A stretch of DNA of 63,919 bases, filler included, from Craspedostauros australis (Eukaryota), in assembly GCA_030167865.1 (NCBI GenBank). It is 7 parts of 7 records of this genome, joined end to end, with 100 filler letters (N's around TTAATTAATTAA, not from the genome) between each part and the next. Parts side by side here need not be neighbours in the genome. Positions count along the whole stretch, not along the records: positions 57,611 to 62,788 come from JALAGF010001745.1; positions 62,889 to 63,919 come from JALAGF010001761.1; 5 more parts are not named here. One strand, given 5' to 3'. This document shows, one piece after another, positions 57,611-63,919 of the stretch. Numbering within the stretch: the stretch's first letter is position 1; every line of letters begins with the position of its first letter. Both the position numbers and the translations under genes were made by a program. The notes beneath the pieces are model-generated. The model was not told the origin of the DNA, did not search any database, and was given only the letters and a program-made list of their open reading frames with translations.

Positions 57611-60600
57611 GCCTTGGATGTCCTTCAGGAATGTCTCCAGTGCCTTGGAGTCTCCGCAGCAGAAGCAATCGTCCACGTAGATGGCCACGATCATACTTCC
57701 TTCGTTCGTCTTCCTGTAGAACAGGCACGGGTCTGCCGCGCTCTGTTCGAAGTTGATATTCTTGAGGGTCGATACCAACATCTTGAACCATTGCCTGGCG
57801 CTNNNNNNNNNNNNNNNNNNNNNNNNNNNNNNNNNNNNNNNNNNNNNNNNNNNNNNNNNNNNNNNNNNNNNNNNNNNNNNNNNNNNNNNNNNNNNNNNNN
57901 NNNNNTGTAGGAATGCCGTTACGACATCGACAAGTGCGCAGTCCATCTTCTTGATCAGCATGATCACCATCATGACTCGATAGGTCACGTCATGGATGAC
58001 GGGTGAGTAGTGCTCTTGGAAGTCTACTCCTGCGACTTGTGAGTAGCCACATGCAACGAGTCGCGCTCGATGTGTGCTGTCGCGTTTCAACTTGAAGACC
58101 CATTTGCATTTGCAGCATCTGCGGCCGCGAGGTATGGCATCTCGTTTGATCTTGCTGTACACCTTGCGTGTATCCATGGAGTCAAACTCCTTCTTGATGG
58201 CTGCTCGATATCCCTTGCGATGGATGGGATCTGGGTGATTGAAGGCTCCATCGAATGTTGTTGGTTCGATGTGCTTCTCTGGTTCTTTGTTCTCGTTCTG
58301 CATCGACAATCCGATGTCGATCGCTGGTGACTCGGTAATGATTGCATTCATTCCGTACAGTCCTGTTGTGCTATAGTGAGTGATCTCAATCTCTCCTTCA
58401 TCTGCAATTTCTTCGTCATCTGTAGTTTCGTTGTTGGAGTCGTCGATCTCCTCGTCGCTGAGTTCATCACTATCTTCGTTGGATGATGATTCGCTCTCAT
58501 AGCCTTCCTCCTTTCGACCTCGTTCGTTGAAGTCTGCGAGCTCACGTAGAGCTTTGGGAATACGCTTCCCTGTAGTCGGCTTGGGATTAGCTTCTCCCTT
58601 CCTGCCTCGTGATTCGTGACGTCGGATTCTCTCCTTTCTAGCTATGTCACGCTTGCTTGGTTTGCTAGGTGGAGGTCTTGATGGTGTGTCATGTGTAGAC
58701 CTCGCTGGTGTGTTCGGAGGAGTGACATCTTCGTCATCATCAGCTTCATCGCCGGATGGTGGGATCTCGTCATCCTCATGATTGGATTCTCTCCGATCCT
58801 CGTTGTCGTTATGGATTAGTTGAGTTACTACTCCATCGTCCTCATCATCCTCATCGTCGCTGTCTGATAGGATGTGGTACTTGTTAGTGTCAGCGAAAGA
58901 TACTCTCTTTGCTTCTGATGTTCGATGCGTTGCCGTCCTTGGCACAGCTCCCTTCCGTCCGATGGTTGTGAAGCCTTCTGCATCCGTCGTTCCTGTTTCG
59001 TTGGATATGTTCGGTGCTGGTGCCCAGCCACGGAACTGTCCGTATGATTGGTTGAGCCACTTGATGTCGCGAGAACAGATCAGTGACTTGGTCGATGGTC
59101 TGTACATGTTGTATACTCCTGATGCATGTTGGTGTGCATATCCGATGAACACCATCTCTTCTCCTCTGTTCTTGAGTTTGGCGGTGATCCCGCTGTAGGC
59201 AGTCTTCACAACACCCACCTCTCCGAATGTGCGGAGTGCATCCGCGTATGGTGGATCGTTGTCGAAGAATTGGCGATGTGGTGACTCCTTCTGATTCTTC
59301 GCTACGGTGATGTTGGCGATGGCGGTGGCAGTGCTCGTAGCTGCTGCCCACAGGCCATGCCTATACTCTTCGTTGAGTTCTGCTCCATTGAGCATGGAGC
59401 GGATCTTGGTGTAGAGGTACGCGAACTTGCGTTCTACTCTACCGTTCTGTTGCGGCGTGTTCGATGCCGTGAATTCGAATTTCACGTTGAGTCCTGCATC
59501 CATGAGAATGTCCTGCGTGGATTTGTTCTCTCCACTGTTTTCACCTCGAAAGATGATTTGTTGATCACCTGTCTGTGATTTGATCGTCTGGACGAATCGC
59601 TTGATGTACCCTGGTTGGTCACTTTTGTTCTTCAGGAAGAAACTCCAGCAGTAGTCCATGCAGTCGTCCACGATCAGGGCCCAGTAGCGTTTATCTCCGA
59701 AGCTTATGTGTTTAGTGTAACTAATGTCAATGAAGAAACATTCGCTGCGGCGAGTTGCTCTTGGGACTCTGGTCTTCAAGATGTTCTTCACTCTCGCATT
59801 CGCGACCACGCAGTAGCGACACACCGGCATCTCGCCGATGATCTTCCATCCATATTGAGCGGCTGTCCGCTTCATGGTCTCGAGTGGCGTGTGGCCAAGC
59901 ATTCGGTGCAAGTTCACCGCGCTCACCCCTTTGGATGGGTTCTTGATGATGGCTGTGCAAGCCTTGTCATCTTCAGTTGGCGTGATGGGATGCATCTGCG
60001 CTCCCATGATGAATCCGTTGGATGTGGGGAAGACTCGATCGAACACGATCTTTGTTCCGGATCTGTTGATGATGTCCATCAGAATGCCGTTGCTACCAAT
60101 CTGGTAACCGTTGTACAGAGCCTTGTTCGTAGATAAAAGGTTCACCGCCATTTTTGGTGTGTACTTCACATCATCAAGCTGGATGATGTGGCCAGTGTTG
60201 TCTCGTTGCTTGACCTTCAAGCGAATGGATCCCATTTTGGGAGAGTCCAGCTTTGTGCTGTCTCCCACTTGGACAAAGGACTTGATGTGCTGCGCGTTGA
60301 AGAGGGCGGCGTCCGAGTTGACGATGTGACATGAAGCTCCGCTGTCGGCAAGCCAGGTGTCCTTGTTGACCTTGTCCTTGTATCTGGTGCTCAGCTCGTG
60401 GAGCTGCTCCACGGCGGCTGCAGCTATCTCGTCGTCGAAGCCTCCGTCGTCATTGTCTTCATGGACTCCGTCTTCGTTGTACGGATTGTGATGATCCTCA
60501 TCATCCATGTCGTTGGGTAGTTGCGCGTAGTCCGATGGAATCGTGTTGCTTCGATGTGATCCTGTAACTGGATCATAAGGGTTGACGCGTGGTCGTTCGC

Positions 60601-62451
60601 GTAAGAGCACGCGCATGCATCCTCCAAGGATGTAGTGCAGATCCGTCTCTGGGATCGTTTCTGTGTCAGCCGCTTCCAATATGCGGTTGATGACGACCGA
60701 ATTGGCGAGAATCTCTTCGATTGATCTGAAGTTCTCGGATAGGATGGATCCCATCATGTTCACCCATATTGGTCTGAGCACTCCTTGTACAGTTCCTGGG
60801 AACATCTTCACTCCTGCCTCCATTATGGCATCGAAGATCAGTTGCTTCTGAATCGTCAATGCTGTTGCCGTGCCATATGGGATCGTATCATGACGATGGA
60901 TGTGATCCGATCTGTTGGGATTCCCGACCAGTGGGAATTGGATACCTGTTGGGTAAACGACATGCTCATTTGGATTGAAGCTGTCGTCTGGGTGATCTTC
61001 TTTTTCGTCACTGTCGTCTTCGTCGAAGATGCCCGATCTGTTGTTCCCTGCCGCTGGAGGAGGCGGCGCCGCGCCGCCGTTCGTCCCGTCTCGGACTCTG
61101 TCATTCTCGTTGGGTTCGTCGTCATCTTCTTCACTCATGGCCTCCTTGATGTCGCTATCGATGGCCTCGTTGCCCATCTCAGCTCCGTCGCCGTATGGAC
61201 CGATCAGGTCGTTCGCGTTGAAGCAGCATTCGTAGCTCACTTCGCGTCTTGGATCCACCTCGTGGATGATGGGCTCCTTGCTGAGCCACTCCAGGACGAT
61301 CTCATCGTCCTCCACTTCGTCGTCACTTCTGACGTACTCGAAGTTATCGAAGAAGGAGTCTTCGATGTAGTCATCAGACACCAACATGCAGAGCGGCATG
61401 TTCTTCGCAGAGAGTACCATCTCGTGCCCGCTCTTGTCGTGTCCTTCCGTTGCTGCGTTGGCCTGTTCGTTGGCCTTCTTGTTCTCGTTGAACTTCTTCT
61501 TTTGGCACTCCGCCTCGCGGTGTCCGAAGATGCCACAGTAGTTGCACTTCCCTTTGAAGCTGCTTCCCTTGTTACGGTTGTTGTTGCACTTTCTGTTCAT
61601 TTTGTTGTTGTCGTTTTTCTTGTTGTTCGATTTCTTACGTTCTGGGCAATCGGCGGATCTGTGGCCATACACGCCACAGTTGTGACAAATGCCCTTGAAG
61701 TTACCGGTGCTTGTGAAGCCAGTGTCGTTGCTCTTCGTGTTGCTGTCTTGGAAGTTGTCGACGTACGCCTTTCCTCCTTGATGCGTAGCGTGTGCTGTGC
61801 GGAGTACTCCTCTGATCGCACTGATGGTAACCACTTCCGGATTGAACGTGAGTTGATGTTGGAAGTTCATGATGTGAGTTTTGTATTCGCTGCTCACCGT
61901 GCTGAGGATTTGCATGATCATCTCCTCGTCTGTGATCGTGTACTTGACATCGTGGAGACGCGAGCGTAGGAGCTCGAGTCGCGTGATGTAGACGTCGGGG
62001 TCCGTGTCTCTCTTCATCTTTTCGTTGTTGAATTGACGCTTGAGTTTGATCTTCGTCGCCGCATCGGATGGACGGAACTTCTCCGCGAGAACGTTCCACG
62101 CTGCGTGTGGATCTCCTTCAGGATAGTCGTCAGAGACGCATTGGTTGATGTATTGGATGGCCTGTTTGCCTTTCCCTTTCTCTGCATCCATCATGAGGAT
62201 CAGATCACTGAAGCAGTTGCCTGCCAGCTCGTAGGTTTCCTCCATTGCCTCCTTGATTTCGTCGGTGGCTGCCACGATCTCACTCACTGTTGGGACCTTG
62301 GGACCTTGGTCTTGCCCAACATCACGTCTCTCGTCTTCTGTGCACGAGCGTATGCCTTCGCTTGGGACTCCCATGCGCTATAGTCTTCTTGTTCACCACT
62401 GAACATCGGCGCCTTGATGCATCGCTTGTTCGTGTTGGCTGATGTCGCCAT
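57611..62451 (-). pseudogene. Gag-Pol polyprotein, frameshifted in early gag
   Basis: ATG at 62451 (MATSANTNKRCIKAPMFSGEQEDYSAW). An 8-bp duplication at 62291-62306 separates it from the long downstream ORF. Confidence 0.75.
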
Positions 62452-62709
62452 CTTGTCTTGTTGTTTCGTCGTTGGTGCGCTCGCGCCCTTGATTTCCGTT
62501 TGTTTCTGTGTTGTCACTTTTTCGATTTTCGCTTGTTGTTGCGCGGAGATTGTTTTCGTCACAAATTCTCCTCCTGGCGGTGTCTCACTTTTCCCACTCT
62601 GTTTGGCTGTGCGAATGCTCTCCGTCACACCAGTCTCCTCTTGCTTGACCGCCTTGAGAATGCTCTTCTCCTCGTGGTGTAGTCTTGCAGACTGTTCTTC
62701 TTCGGTATC

Positions 62710-62723
62710 AGCACAAAACTGAA
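62710..62723 (-). other. Candidate primer-binding site TTCAGTTTTGTGCT
   Basis: Directly follows the inferred LTR end TAGCACTA; its complement AGCACAAAACTGAA resembles tRNA-Phe from the D-arm to the anticodon. Confidence 0.4.
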
Positions 62724-62788
62724 TAGTGCTAAGTACGTTACTCCCGTAGCCCCCACTATCTATAAATTTCACTTGTGTTCGGATCAGC
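62724..62788 (-). repeat. 3' end of putative 5' LTR (partial)
   Basis: Ends in ...CTTAGCACTA, about 270 nt upstream of the gag ATG; cut by the spacer. Confidence 0.5.
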
Positions 62789-62888
62789 NNNNNNNNNNNN
62801 NNNNNNNNNNNNNNNNNNNNNNNNNNNNNNNNTTAATTAATTAANNNNNNNNNNNNNNNNNNNNNNNNNNNNNNNNNNNNNNNNNNNN
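62789..62888. other. Artificial contig spacer
   Basis: N-run with TTAATTAATTAA. Confidence 0.95.
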
Positions 62889-63919
62889 TAGCCACATGCA
62901 ACGAGCCGCGCTCGATGTGTGCCGTCACGCTTCAGCTTGAAGACCCATTTGCACTTGCAGCATCTGCGGCCGTGTGGGATGGCGTCTCGTTTGATCTTGC
63001 TGTACACCTTTCGTGTATCCATGGAGTCGAACTCCTTCTTGATGGCTGCTCGATATCCCTTTNGATGGATGGGATCTGGGTGATTGAAGGCTCCATCGAA
63101 TGTCGTTGGTTCGATGTGCTTTTCTGGTTCCTTGTTCTCGTCCTGCATCGACAGTCCGATGTCGATCGCTGGTGCTTGGGTGATGATTGCGTTCATCCCG
63201 TATAGTCCTGTTGTGATATGGTGAGTGATCTCGATCTCTTCTTCTTTGTCTACGATTTCTTCGTCATCTGTAGTTTCGTTGTTGGAATCGTCAATCATTT
63301 CATCGCTGAGTTCGTCACTCGCCTCATCGGATGATGGATCGCTCTCATAACCCTCTTCCTTTCGACCTCGTTCATTGAAGTCTGCGAGCTCACACAGAGC
63401 TCTGGGAATGCTCTTCCCTGTAGTTGGCTTGAGGTTAGCTTCTCCCTTCCTGCCTCGTGCTTTGTGACGTCGGATTCTCTCCTTTCTAGCTATGTCACGC
63501 TTGCTTGGTTTGCTTGGTGGAGATCTCAATGGTGTGTCATGTGTAGATCTCGCTGGTGTGTTTGGAGGAGTGACGCCTGTGTCATCGTCGGCTTCGTTGC
63601 CGGATAGTGCGGTCTCGTCATCCTCATGATTGGATTCGCTCCGATCTTCCTCGTCGTTATGGATTAGTTGAGTTACTGCTCCATCGTCCTCATCATCCTC
63701 GTCATCACTGTCCGATAGGATGTAGTATCTGTTGGTGTCAGCGAAAGATACTCTCTTCGCTTCTGATGTTCGACGCATTGCCGTTCTTGGCATTGCTCCC
63801 TTCCGTCCGATGGTTGTGAAGCCGTCTGCGTCCGTTGTTCCTGCTTTGCTGGATATGTTCGGTGCTGGTGCCCAGCCACGGAACTGTCCGTATGATTGGT
63901 TGAGCCACTTGATGTCGCG
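62889..63919 (-). mobile_element. Ty1/copia (family B) third copy: IN-RT linker and RT start
   Basis: Collinear with 25057-26085 and 58044-59070; 'CKWVFKLKRDGTHRARLVACG'. Confidence 0.93.

Larger units (their letters stand above)
57611..62788 (-). mobile_element. Ty1/copia LTR retrotransposon (family B): end of 5' LTR, leader, gag-PR-IN-RT (3' truncated)
   Basis: Domain order gag (two CCHC knuckles), PR 'WLADSGAS', 'HRMLGH..CRYC', IN core 'NGRVER', RT 'YVDD' is diagnostic of Ty1/copia. Confidence 0.95.

Noticed and set aside
2933..62888. Six identical TTAATTAATTAA motifs embedded in N-runs
   Set aside because: Fixed-length assembly spacers with all-frame stops; not biological repeats or a CRISPR array.

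Overview
Eukaryotic nuclear DNA, most likely from a pennate diatom. Evidence: GT-AG introns of about 220-520 bp, bipartite 'xAF' plastid pre-sequences, diatom-style Ty1/copia elements and PSxx-repeat surface proteins. The window is seven contigs joined by artificial 100-nt N/TTAATTAATTAA spacers, so adjacency across spacers is not evidence of linkage. Host genes: a disrupted EcKL/APH-like kinase, a PSxx-repeat extracellular protein, a plastid-targeted lipoxygenase with a divergently oriented truncated paralogue, AP-4 sigma, a plastid UreH/CGF-like membrane protein, a BTB fragment, a patatin TAG lipase, a TMX-like thioredoxin, an ankyrin protein, a catalytically dead rhomboid, a DODA/LigB dioxygenase, a PRL phosphatase, a 9-exon xanthine dehydrogenase and two long low-complexity ORFs. 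There are four Ty1/copia segments from two families. The most unusual signals are in the retroelements. One copia pol continues about 750 codons past RNase H into a cargo region with a KOW/Tudor/SH3-like core. Both families appear to have non-canonical TA-terminated LTRs ending in TAGCACTA. One element has a candidate PBS matching the 5' half of tRNA-Phe rather than a tRNA 3' end, and an approximately 350-aa insert between its gag zinc knuckles and protease.
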